This document shows, one piece after another, positions 35,090-43,966 of a stretch of DNA of 64,000 nt; within the stretch, counting starts at the first letter, position 1, and every line of letters starts with the position of its first letter. The stretch lies in sequence record MW825358.1; one strand, given 5' to 3'. The position numbers and the translations under genes are program-made. The notes beneath the pieces were generated by a model. It worked only from the letters and a program-made list of their open reading frames with translations. It had not been told where the DNA came from and searched no databases.

Positions 35090-37198
35090 TTAGGCTTTCG
35101 CCTCCAAGGCCTCCAGACGCGCCAGGACGGCCGCCAACTGGATTTCCAGTACGCGAGTACGCTCTTCTGCCACATCGGCTCGTGCGTTCGCTGCGTCGGC
35201 CTCACAGCCTGCAGCGTATGCCATCTCAAAAGCCGAACCGGTATAGTCCACCGCCAGACGATCCACCTTGCGCTTGATACCATGGCGATAGGTGGTCACA
35301 CGGTCAGGGGCTGCCTTCTGAAGGTCTTGGGCGATCACACCACGCTGGTGCTCATCCAGTTCCTTATGCGTCCACTGCTTAAAGTCTACCTCTCGCCACA
35401 GGGCACGGGCTTCAATGGAAGAGATCTTCTTCTTAAAGCGCTTATCTGAGGGCTGGAAACCAGCACCTGCGATGGCGCGGCCGTTATGGACCACGTAGTT
35501 GCCACCTGCTTGGAACTGGAAGTAGCGTGAACCGGCCACACGCAAGGTAATGGACCCATCGCCATCTTGATACAGATAACCGGAGTTACCAATGGCCAGT
35601 GTATTAAGCGAGGCATTGGAACCAATCACCACACGCTGGTCAATCTGGGCCTGCAACGGATTGACCGCCCGGGCCTGGACCAACTGTGCGGTACGAATCG
35701 GGGTCATGTACACCGAGTTGGACGAACCAGCTTCCGCATCACCTTGCGAGGCAATACCGTAGTTCTGCACGTTACCCAGACCCACCTGTCCGGCAGTGGT
35801 ACCGTGCGGATTATCGGTCCGGTTGGCGTGAGCGGCAATATTCGGATCAGGCTGACTGGTGGTGTGGACACGTCCCATTGAGGTGGCATCCACCGTGGCA
35901 CGGATTTCACCGTTGAGCCAGGCCAGATAGATCTGATTACCGCTGCTGTTGCGCACCTGCTTGTAATCTTCAACCGAACCTAACCCGACCTGTGCCTTTG
36001 TCACTTGGTGGGGATTGGACGTGTTGTTGATGTGGGCTGTGAACTGCGTACCGACGGCCGCATCAATCAAGGCCTTGGAGGTAGCCGGGGTCATGAACAA
36101 GTTCGTGGCCGTGCCGGCCTGCGCTTGGGCAGTAGTGGCAGTCAGGAAGTTGTCGACATTCCCCAGACCCACATGACCCTTATTGGTGTTATGTGGGTTA
36201 TTGGTATTGTTGATGTGTGCATTGAGCGGTGTGAGGGCCAGCGCGGCAATGGCCGCTCCGGACAAGGTCGCCGTCATGTACGCATCACCGCTACCGGCTT
36301 GGGCCTGAGCGGTGCTGGCCAAGGGGTAGTTGACCACCGAGCCCAAACCCACTTGACCCTTGGTCACCTGGTGGGGGTTGTTGGTATTGGCCACGTGTGC
36401 ATTAAACGCACCACCGACCTGGGCCGCAATAGCTTGCTTGGTGGTCAGGGCCGTCATGTACACCACATTGGATGTACCTGCCTCAGCTTGTACCTGTGTG
36501 GCTACCGGGTAATTCTCAACAGCACCCAAGCCGACCTGACCCTTGGTGGTCTGATGCGGATTGGAGGTGTTGTTGATGTGCTCACCCAGACCGTTTTGGG
36601 CCGACTGAATCAAGGCGCGCAGTTCATTGTCCCGCAGGTCAATGTACTGACGCTGTTCATCAAAGGCAGCCTGATCGCCCAGCAAGATCGCACGGCGGAT
36701 CTGTTCCAGGGCCACCACCACGTACTCAAAGCCGTAGACATCACCGATGTCATGCAAGTGAGCCGTCGGCGGGAAGTACTCAGGGGCACCGATGATATCG
36801 CCCCACAGCACAGTGCGATTATCCAGATCCAACGAGGCAAGCATCTGCTCGATCATAGACACCGAGGAGCTGTAGTCGCCACCGATGGCCTGATAGTCAA
36901 ACTCAACCTCTGTGGCTTGGCAGGTCGGCAAGAACAGCAGGACCGAACAGATTTCCTGACAAGCGCGCTGCGAGGCGGCCAGGAACATGTGCACCGGACG
37001 ATAGTCCGTATCTGGGATCAGCTCGACCCCAGTGGTCTTGTTACGTACCACCAAACGGCGTGTGTAAAACGGTCCCCGCGTGGGGACAATGGCTCGACTC
37101 GATCCGGGCGCACCGATGGTGCGTTGCTCGGCGGCGACCAGATTGGTCGCCGCCTCACCGGTGAGATCAAGCGGGAGTTGAAGAACGATAGGACTCAT
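35090..37198 (-). CDS. Tail fibre protein (phiKZ gp145/146-like N-terminus) with HxxNxxNPH repeats and S74 chaperone
   Basis: PLDLTG....N N-terminus; 5 NPH.VTK.QVGLG repeats; PSDKRFKKKI...RGVIAQDLQKAAP...VDY. Confidence 0.88.
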   Translation of the reverse strand: MSPIVLQLPLDLTGEAATNLVAAEQRTIGAPGSSRAIVPTRGPFYTRRLVVRNKTTGVELIPDTDYRPVHMFLAASQRACQEICSVLLFLPTCQATEVEFDYQAIGGDYSSSVSMIEQMLASLDLDNRTVLWGDIIGAPEYFPPTAHLHDIGDVYGFEYVVVALEQIRRAILLGDQAAFDEQRQYIDLRDNELRALIQSAQNGLGEHINNTSNPHQTTKGQVGLGAVENYPVATQVQAEAGTSNVVYMTALTTKQAIAAQVGGAFNAHVANTNNPHQVTKGQVGLGSVVNYPLASTAQAQAGSGDAYMTATLSGAAIAALALTPLNAHINNTNNPHNTNKGHVGLGNVDNFLTATTAQAQAGTATNLFMTPATSKALIDAAVGTQFTAHINNTSNPHQVTKAQVGLGSVEDYKQVRNSSGNQIYLAWLNGEIRATVDATSMGRVHTTSQPDPNIAAHANRTDNPHGTTAGQVGLGNVQNYGIASQGDAEAGSSNSVYMTPIRTAQLVQARAVNPLQAQIDQRVVIGSNASLNTLAIGNSGYLYQDGDGSITLRVAGSRYFQFQAGGNYVVHNGRAIAGAGFQPSDKRFKKKISSIEARALWREVDFKQWTHKELDEHQRGVIAQDLQKAAPDRVTTYRHGIKRKVDRLAVDYTGSAFEMAYAAGCEADAANARADVAEERTRVLEIQLAAVLARLEALEAKA

Positions 37199-37228
37199 GG
37201 CCCGCTTAGCTCCTAATTACGTTGTTGG

Positions 37229-40200
37229 TTACGGCGTCAGGACCGTCGGGTTGGCACGGCTGTAAGCCTCCACCAGCACCGGACGCAGACGTCCGTTGCG
37301 CTGAGACTTGTACATCACACCGTTCCAATCACTGAAGTACAGACGGTTCGGACGAACCAGCGGGTTATTCAGACCCAAGTAGCTCATCTCCCACGCACCG
37401 CCGTTGTAACGGTAGTGGCGCTGCTTACCATTGTCTGCAGCCACACCCAAGCGGACATAGTCCCGATACATGCGCGGACGCTGCAGCACCTTGAAGGTGG
37501 CATTGGGTTGCTCAATGGAGATCACACCCCAGGTGCTGGGGGTGTCGACAAACGGAGCCAGACGCGTATCGTCTTCCAGATCAATCACGACCTGCTCGGC
37601 AGCCAGATAACTGGTGGAGCCGTGCTGGGTGACATCGATGGTGAGATAGTTACCTGCACGGACCACACGAATGCGCACCGGACCTGCCACATCCCAACCG
37701 TGACCGGCCTCGACGTAGTCAGTACCCACGCGGTTGGCATCCACCGCACCGGTATCAGCCCATGCCAGAGTGCCGTTGGCGCTGGCAATGTCGCTCACAC
37801 CGATCTGACCCGGATTCAAGGCAATGGTCTTGAGGCGATAACGCATCGAGGTCCCATTGTCCAGCGCAGCTGCGCCACCGGGGGTGCGAATCACTGCCAG
37901 GGCAAAGGGACGACGGTTCTGTGTCACCACAGCGGCCAACACACCCAGGCCGTTGGCCTTGGTTGAATCCGAATCCAGCTCCACCTCTAAAGTGTAGTTG
38001 GTCGAATACTCAGTGGCCGTCAAGGTCGCATTGACCCCGGTCATGACCGTGTTATCCAGCAGCAAGGCATCCTTGGCTGTCGACCAACCCCAATCATCCA
38101 ACACATCGGTGTTGCCGTAGAGGTAGTTGAGTAGACGCGGGCTGTGCGGGATAAAGTCGTGGTAGTCCTCACGCAGGACGTTCTGAATGGTTTGCACCGT
38201 CAGCTCGTCATCGTCATTGTCCACCACCGAGACCCACTCCATCAGGCTACCGGTGGTCTGGTCGCTGTTGAGGGTCAAGGGCAGATCGCCAAAGGCCACA
38301 TCGCCCAGGCTCGGACGAGCACGGGTAAAGGGCGGCAAGCGCGTGGTCAGGTAGGTGATCCCTGTCGGTTCAGCCACCAGCGTGCTGGAGGTGCTGACAA
38401 AGAAACGCCCATCTTGCGAGAGCGGGGTGACTTGGATGGCACGGCGCAGACCCGGACCGCGGGCATACAACCGCACAATCGAGTTACCGCTGTCATCACT
38501 GACGGTGTAGCCGAAGTTCAAGGAGATCTCGTAGTTCTCCGTCTCCAGCGTAGCGGTGGACAGATTCAACTGACGCGGGGTGATGACCACACGGGTGGAG
38601 GTCGGGCTGTAGGCACCGTAGCTATCGCCACCGGTGATAATGGCCACGATATCACTCAGCGGCGAGGTGATCTGATTGGCCGGCAGCGTCACCTGACCCA
38701 GCAAGGTCCAGTTCTCAGTGGCCGTCTCAGTGGCCGGATAGATGACCAAGGACACTGCATTCGCAGCGATCTCCGCGGCCGTCTTGCCATCGAGCTTATC
38801 TGAGTCTGCTGCCTTCTCCGTCTTGCCAAGCTTTGCACTCAGGGCCGTATCCACCTGTGCGGTGGTGTAGGCACCGACTTGCGCGGCTGTGGTGTTATGC
38901 GGGTTGGCTGTGGAGTTGATGTGAGAAGACAGGGTGTTACCCACGGCCGAGTCAATCAACTGCTTGCTGCGCAGCACCGTCATGTAACGATCTGCGGCCA
39001 GACCTGCTTCAGCTTCGGCCTGTGTAGCGGTGGCGTAGTTGTTCACATTCCCCAAGCCGACCTGTTCTTTGGTCACCTCGTGAGGATTGTTCAAATTGGC
39101 AACGTGGGCTGCCAGATCGCCACCACCACCGCCTCCACCGCCCATGGCGGTAATCAGCGCTGCGGCACCTGCCGGGGTCAAGAACAGGTTGTTGGCCGTA
39201 CCGGCCTGGGCCTGTGCTGTGGTTGCCGTGGCAAAGTTATCCACATTACCCAAGTTCACCTGTGACTTGGTGACTGCATGGGGATTGTTGGAGTTGTTGA
39301 TGTGATTGGTGAAGTCCGTCTTGACGGCCACCTGGATCAACTGCACCGTACGCAAGGGGGTCATATAGGCGGCATTGGACGTGCCTGCCTCTGCCACGGC
39401 TTGCGAGGCGAAACCGTAGTTCTGCACCAACCCCAGTCCCACCTGCTCGGCGGTGACGTTGTGCGGGTTGTTGACATTGTCCACGTGATCGCTAAAGCCC
39501 TGCAATGCGATGGAGTTAATCGCCTCACGGGTCATGGCCGGGGTCATGTACAGCTCGTTGCTGACACCTGCACGGGCATCAACGGCTGTGGCAATACCGT
39601 AATTCAACACGTTACCCAAACCCACGTGGGACTTGTTGGTATTGTGCGGGTTATCCGTACGGGAGGTATGTGCGGTGATAGCGGCAGTGGCCGTGACATC
39701 AATCAACTGCTTGGTGCGCAGGACAGTCATGAACTTGTTCGCAGCCGTACCGGCTTGGGCTTCAGCCTGGGTGGCCGTTGCGAAGTTGTCCACATCACCC
39801 AGACCGATCTGGGACTTGTTGGTGTTATGCGGGTTGTTGGAATTGTTGATGTGGTCATTCATCGTGTTACCGATGAGGGCCTGCACCAACTGCGCACCGC
39901 GTTGAACTGTCAAGTACCGGTTGGGGGCTGTGCCCGCTTGCGCCTCAGCAATGGAGGCCACCGGGTAGTTCTCAACCAACTCCAGACCCACCTGGGCCTT
40001 GGTCACACCGTGCGGATTGTTCTTATCGGCAATGTGGGCTTGCAGGCCGCCTTCACCGGAGGCCAGCAGGGCATCACGGATCTCGCTCAGCTTGTCCACC
40101 ATCTCCGACATCCCCACCATGTCATCCAGATGCCAAACGTGATCGATCGGCGGGAAGGCATAGGGCAGATCCGCCACCTGTTCCCAGGTAAGGCGGCGCG

Positions 40201-40585
40201 GGTTGGTCAGTTTGGTCGAGAGAATCTCAACGATCTTGGCAGCATCCAAGGTCCAGTCACCGCCCAGGGTCTGATAGGTCAGACGCACCGCACCGGTGAG
40301 GGTCTTGTCGTAAAACGAAATCGAACCGAAGATGGCAGATGCGGTTGCATAGGACGCATCGTGGAAATAGTGCGAGGGAATGTAGTCAACGCCCTCCACC
40401 AGGGTCCGATTGCTCGGCAGGTGCACCACCGTCATGCCTTCCGCAAAGAACGGGGCAGCCGCCGGGATGATGTAGTAATACTCGGACAACTCGGGCGGCG
40501 AGATGACCGAATGTTCTGCCGTAATCTTATTCGAAGCCAGCGTGCCGCTGGGATCGAACGGATAGGCAATAGTGGGATTGCTCAT
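37229..40585 (-). CDS. Tail fibre protein (phiKZ gp145/146-like) with 7 NPH repeats and a C-terminal beta-sandwich domain
   Basis: Start at ATG 40585 (MSNPTIAYPFDPSG); YQTLGG, W..V...P..FPP..H motif shared with the neighbouring fibre. Confidence 0.88.
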   Translation of the reverse strand: MSNPTIAYPFDPSGTLASNKITAEHSVISPPELSEYYYIIPAAAPFFAEGMTVVHLPSNRTLVEGVDYIPSHYFHDASYATASAIFGSISFYDKTLTGAVRLTYQTLGGDWTLDAAKIVEILSTKLTNPRRLTWEQVADLPYAFPPIDHVWHLDDMVGMSEMVDKLSEIRDALLASGEGGLQAHIADKNNPHGVTKAQVGLELVENYPVASIAEAQAGTAPNRYLTVQRGAQLVQALIGNTMNDHINNSNNPHNTNKSQIGLGDVDNFATATQAEAQAGTAANKFMTVLRTKQLIDVTATAAITAHTSRTDNPHNTNKSHVGLGNVLNYGIATAVDARAGVSNELYMTPAMTREAINSIALQGFSDHVDNVNNPHNVTAEQVGLGLVQNYGFASQAVAEAGTSNAAYMTPLRTVQLIQVAVKTDFTNHINNSNNPHAVTKSQVNLGNVDNFATATTAQAQAGTANNLFLTPAGAAALITAMGGGGGGGGDLAAHVANLNNPHEVTKEQVGLGNVNNYATATQAEAEAGLAADRYMTVLRSKQLIDSAVGNTLSSHINSTANPHNTTAAQVGAYTTAQVDTALSAKLGKTEKAADSDKLDGKTAAEIAANAVSLVIYPATETATENWTLLGQVTLPANQITSPLSDIVAIITGGDSYGAYSPTSTRVVITPRQLNLSTATLETENYEISLNFGYTVSDDSGNSIVRLYARGPGLRRAIQVTPLSQDGRFFVSTSSTLVAEPTGITYLTTRLPPFTRARPSLGDVAFGDLPLTLNSDQTTGSLMEWVSVVDNDDDELTVQTIQNVLREDYHDFIPHSPRLLNYLYGNTDVLDDWGWSTAKDALLLDNTVMTGVNATLTATEYSTNYTLEVELDSDSTKANGLGVLAAVVTQNRRPFALAVIRTPGGAAALDNGTSMRYRLKTIALNPGQIGVSDIASANGTLAWADTGAVDANRVGTDYVEAGHGWDVAGPVRIRVVRAGNYLTIDVTQHGSTSYLAAEQVVIDLEDDTRLAPFVDTPSTWGVISIEQPNATFKVLQRPRMYRDYVRLGVAADNGKQRHYRYNGGAWEMSYLGLNNPLVRPNRLYFSDWNGVMYKSQRNGRLRPVLVEAYSRANPTVLTP

Positions 40586-40647
40586 GAAGAATATCTCCAG
40601 CAGAGGACGCATCGTATGGCACGATGTTAAAAAATACGTGTACCATA

Positions 40648-40653
40648 TCATAG
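40648..40653 (-). promoter_or_regulatory. Candidate late promoter (cTATGa on the minus strand)
   Basis: About 65 nt upstream of the fibre start in an AT-rich divergent spacer. Confidence 0.3.
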
Positions 40654-40719
40654 CTATTGGCCCTGCCTTGGTCCCGTATTTCCTCTTTAATTGTAATTCT
40701 CGTTTCGAGGAGTAATTCC

Positions 40720-41964
40720 ATGTCTTACCAGCTCGTCGAAGCCCGAGCACGCTCAAAAGACTTGAGCGCTGAGTGGGCGGTGGTGGATGTCACCAACATC
40801 ACCATCGGCACTTTGTTCACGACCTACTCCAATGTGTGGTTGACCTTGTCGCATACTGCGCTGGACCACAACGTCTATTTGGAACTCAACAGCATTCGCG
40901 AAGCCCTGGCCGCCAGCTACAGTAGCCTGACCTTGGCCCAGTGGCTGACGCAAAACGGCAATGGGACTTTGCCTACGCAAAACACGGCCCCCAAGTTAGG
41001 CTTAAAGCTGGTCAAGTATTCTGATGCATGGCGTGCAGGCTATGACATCAAGCCGATCAATCGCTTCCGCAGTGATGATTCACAGTTGGCTGTGGGTGAT
41101 AAGCATGATCTGTTGATGTCTAAGACCGGGGTGGATTTCATGGTCTACCACCGCTATGCCATGGTCAGCGTTAACGGGTTCTTCCACCGCGTGGCAGGTT
41201 CTACCACCGGTCTGCAAGTCATTGAGGGCAATCGCTCAGGGCGGTTGGCCAATGATAACCAAATTGGTATCCACTCTTTCCGAGAAGTGGGACGTTTGGA
41301 GTATCTGCCGATCACCCCATCAATGATCTTTAAGACGGTAGAAGATCAAGGCTACAAGACCCGGGCTTATCTCCAGCTGCCGGCCGCGGCCAGTGACAAG
41401 ATCGCCCTGTTGGTCTTGGGTGGGTATCTGCACGTGCTTGATGAGGTCTATACCCGCACCGGTCCGACGACCTTGTGCATTAACTTCAACAAGCTGGCCT
41501 GGCCTGAGCGCTATTTTGACAGCCGGCGCTTTATTGACCTGCAAAGTCTGCCTTTGACCTTAGATCCTGATAACCCCACCCATGTGGCGGTGGAGGATCT
41601 GTACTCTGATGCAGTGCTGCAAGCGTATATGACCTTGCCGCAGTCCTTTGTGGTGTTGGTCAATGCCAAGGACTTCTTTGCACGCAAGCGCCCGACGGTC
41701 AACATTAAGTTGCCTGGTCGCTTTGAGGTTCCCACCACCACCGAGCGTCTACCCATGTTTGGCGCCTGGGGTAAGGTCTATGACTATGCGATCTTCCCCG
41801 ATTGGGGCACGCATGTGTTGGCTTGCTCAGAAAACCAGAAACAGAACTACCTGTTCCGCACGACCAAGTGGCAAGGTGACCGGGCTATCAGCGCGGTCCT
41901 TGATGCGTATCGGCCGTGGGATTGGTCTGATGCATACATGCTTGAAATGGGCCGGTTCGGCTAA
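40720..41964 (+). CDS. Conserved phiKZ-family virion structural protein
   Basis: ATG at 40720 with RBS gaggag; MVSVNGFFH, LLVLGGYLH and PQSFVVLV motifs. Confidence 0.72.
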   Translation: MSYQLVEARARSKDLSAEWAVVDVTNITIGTLFTTYSNVWLTLSHTALDHNVYLELNSIREALAASYSSLTLAQWLTQNGNGTLPTQNTAPKLGLKLVKYSDAWRAGYDIKPINRFRSDDSQLAVGDKHDLLMSKTGVDFMVYHRYAMVSVNGFFHRVAGSTTGLQVIEGNRSGRLANDNQIGIHSFREVGRLEYLPITPSMIFKTVEDQGYKTRAYLQLPAAASDKIALLVLGGYLHVLDEVYTRTGPTTLCINFNKLAWPERYFDSRRFIDLQSLPLTLDPDNPTHVAVEDLYSDAVLQAYMTLPQSFVVLVNAKDFFARKRPTVNIKLPGRFEVPTTTERLPMFGAWGKVYDYAIFPDWGTHVLACSENQKQNYLFRTTKWQGDRAISAVLDAYRPWDWSDAYMLEMGRFG

Positions 41965-41966
41965 GC

Positions 41967-42014
41967 GGCATACAGTCCCTGCTCCCGCAGTGGGAGCAGG
42001 GACTGGTTTTATGC
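41967..42014. terminator. Bidirectional terminator, GGCATA/TTATGC flanked
   Basis: 14-bp stem cagtccctgctccc/gggagcagggactg. Confidence 0.8.
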
Positions 42015-42422
42015 TGCCTGGGCGGCTTGATCGCGCCGGACCATGAATTCCCGGGTCGGCACACTGCACAGTGCCTTGACAAATCCACACGCTGCGTACA
42101 GACGCTTGGCCGGATCGTTATGCGGGATCACATACAGCGACCGGAAAGGACGCTCCATCAGGTACTTGCGGGCAATGCCATGACCGCGTGCTTCGGGCAT
42201 GATGTACAAGTTGGACAGATGGCCATTTTTCATCTGCCAGCGAGCAAAGCCCACCAGCGTATCGTTCAAGTACAACCCTTCGGTGGTTTGTTGGGTGTAG
42301 AGCAGATAGCTCATTACGCGGACATCTTGATCGATGTCCTTGTTGTTCTTGCACGATTCGGTAAACAAGAACTGCTTCAGCTCGTCCCAACCCAGCAGAC
42401 GAAAATCAATACGCGGCAACAT
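42009..42422 (-). CDS. GNAT-family acetyltransferase
   Basis: LVGFA...LSNLYIMPEARGHGIARK (motif A), N.PAKRLYAACGF (motif B); ATG at 42422 has RBS aagagg. Confidence 0.82.
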   Translation of the reverse strand: MLPRIDFRLLGWDELKQFLFTESCKNNKDIDQDVRVMSYLLYTQQTTEGLYLNDTLVGFARWQMKNGHLSNLYIMPEARGHGIARKYLMERPFRSLYVIPHNDPAKRLYAACGFVKALCSVPTREFMVRRDQAAQAA

Positions 42423-42855
42423 TGCGAGGAACCTCTTGGGTAATGCGTTCAAAAACGGTCAGTGACTTGGGGTAGGGCTGTTTGCCAGCGGGCTGAAACC
42501 CCATCTTGCGGCACAGGCGATCCATCACGCCGTAGCGCACCGGGACCTGGATATCGGTGATCCTGATTTGACGAATGAAATACGAGGCACACCCGTGCTG
42601 ACGAAACTTAGGTGTGACGTATAACTTGGTCAGCTGACGCCGGCCTGTGTGGTTTTGCGATGCGGTAGCAAAACCCACCGGGGTGGCATCAATGTACAGC
42701 AAGAAGCAGGTGTCCTGGCCAATATCAAACAGACTCAGTTCTTCATACTGGTCCAGATCGTGTTTGGCCTCTTTGCGTTCATCACGGATATAGCTGATCA
42801 ACAAGCGCGGTGTGATGCGCTCATAGCGCTTGTTGGCAAAGCGAAAATCCCCCAT
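42406..42855 (-). CDS. GNAT-family acetyltransferase (paralog)
   Basis: PVGFAT...LTKLYVTPKFRQHGCAS (motif A), LCRKMGF. Confidence 0.8.
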   Translation of the reverse strand: MGDFRFANKRYERITPRLLISYIRDERKEAKHDLDQYEELSLFDIGQDTCFLLYIDATPVGFATASQNHTGRRQLTKLYVTPKFRQHGCASYFIRQIRITDIQVPVRYGVMDRLCRKMGFQPAGKQPYPKSLTVFERITQEVPRNVAAY

Positions 42856-42877
42856 GACACATCCCCAGGGTTAAGAG

Positions 42878-43870
42878 TTAGATGGAATCGCGCGGACCGG
42901 TAATCGGTGCGGACGAGGTAATACCGTTGGCGGTAATCGGTTGGGCAAAGTTGGCCGGGCCGGCAAACGAGGCCGTACCACTACCACCTGCCGCGCCGGT
43001 GGTCAGACTCCCCACTGCCACTTCACCTGTGAAGGTAGACATGGGGGTATTGAACGTGTTGGTGTCAGAATCCACTTGGAACTTGGGTGTCTTGATTTGG
43101 AAACTGGAACTGGCATCGACCACTCCAGTCTGACACTTCAAGGTAAAGGCCTTGGTGGTCAGTTGGATCGTCTTTTCAGCTTCTACCACCATGTTATCGG
43201 AGGCATAGCCAATTAGGTCTTTCTTGTTGAGCTGCCAGGTGGTACCATCGCCGTTCTTCAAGGAGATGATCTTTTCCACTGACTCTAGTTGAATCAAATT
43301 GCCAAAGTCATCGAGCAAGGACACCACCCCGGTGGCGGTGTTGATCTGCAAGGCGTATTTGGCCTTTTCACCATTGGCCAAGGATGTCTCTAAGTGAATC
43401 AACTTCTCATGGGTAGAGATGGCCAGGTGATACCAGTTGGAGACATCCTCCATATCGGCATCTTCCTGGGCGGTGGCCGAGACCCGCAGGTGGATCGTCT
43501 CCAGGCGCCGCAGGTGATCATCCCAACCCGTTTCTGTCCAATAGAACTGATCGGTGTCCTTGTAGCGATAGATGAACACACGCTCGCCACGACGCACGTC
43601 AGGCGCGGTGCGGCGGTTGGAGCGCATGGGCAGCCATTTGGCTGTCAGGGCCGTGTTGAGCGTGACAGAGGCGTCATAGGCCGAGCCGTCGCTGCGTTGA
43701 CCCTGGGCGGTAGATTGGAAGGGTAAGGACACCAACTCACCATCGAGCTGGGACAACTGCTCGATTGGGGTAATTTCAAGTTCGTCTGAGTTGAGCGCCT
43801 TGTTATTGGCAGCTCGACCCAACGAATACAGGCGCATGCCTGAGAGTTCTGGATCAATGCGGTCAGACAC
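42878..43870 (-). CDS. Baseplate central spike / tail tip protein (phiKZ gp164-like)
   Basis: YSLGRAANNK, W..SNRRTAPDVRRGERV..Y...D..FYW OB-fold-like N-terminus, then a beta-strand repeat C-terminus; divergent from the SbcC-like gene as in phiKZ gp164/165. Confidence 0.72.
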   Translation of the reverse strand: MSDRIDPELSGMRLYSLGRAANNKALNSDELEITPIEQLSQLDGELVSLPFQSTAQGQRSDGSAYDASVTLNTALTAKWLPMRSNRRTAPDVRRGERVFIYRYKDTDQFYWTETGWDDHLRRLETIHLRVSATAQEDADMEDVSNWYHLAISTHEKLIHLETSLANGEKAKYALQINTATGVVSLLDDFGNLIQLESVEKIISLKNGDGTTWQLNKKDLIGYASDNMVVEAEKTIQLTTKAFTLKCQTGVVDASSSFQIKTPKFQVDSDTNTFNTPMSTFTGEVAVGSLTTGAAGGSGTASFAGPANFAQPITANGITSSAPITGPRDSI

Positions 43871-43896
43871 GTCAGGTGCCCTCTTGGGAAATATTA

Positions 43897-43902
43897 GTCA
43901 TA
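43897..43902 (-). promoter_or_regulatory. Candidate late promoter TATGAC (minus) for the spike gene
   Basis: About 30 nt upstream of the start. Confidence 0.4.
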
Positions 43903-43907
43903 AGGTA

Positions 43908-43939
43908 AAGTTTTACGGGTTCTTCTGAGGGTATGATAG
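43908..43939 (+). promoter_or_regulatory. Candidate middle promoter for the SbcC-like gene
   Basis: aagttttac followed by gatag at the same spacing as upstream of RNase H. Confidence 0.45.
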
Positions 43940-43966
43940 AAACCACAATTCAAGGCCCCGCACGCC

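Noticed and set aside
35700-40050. CRISPR array or DGR template/variable repeats
   Set aside because: The repeats are in-frame peptide repeats with synonymous divergence; no spacer structure, no adenine-specific differences and no reverse transcriptase.
36005-40630. 403- and 450-aa plus-strand ORFs opposite the fibre genes
   Set aside because: Antisense shadows that mirror the fibre repeats.
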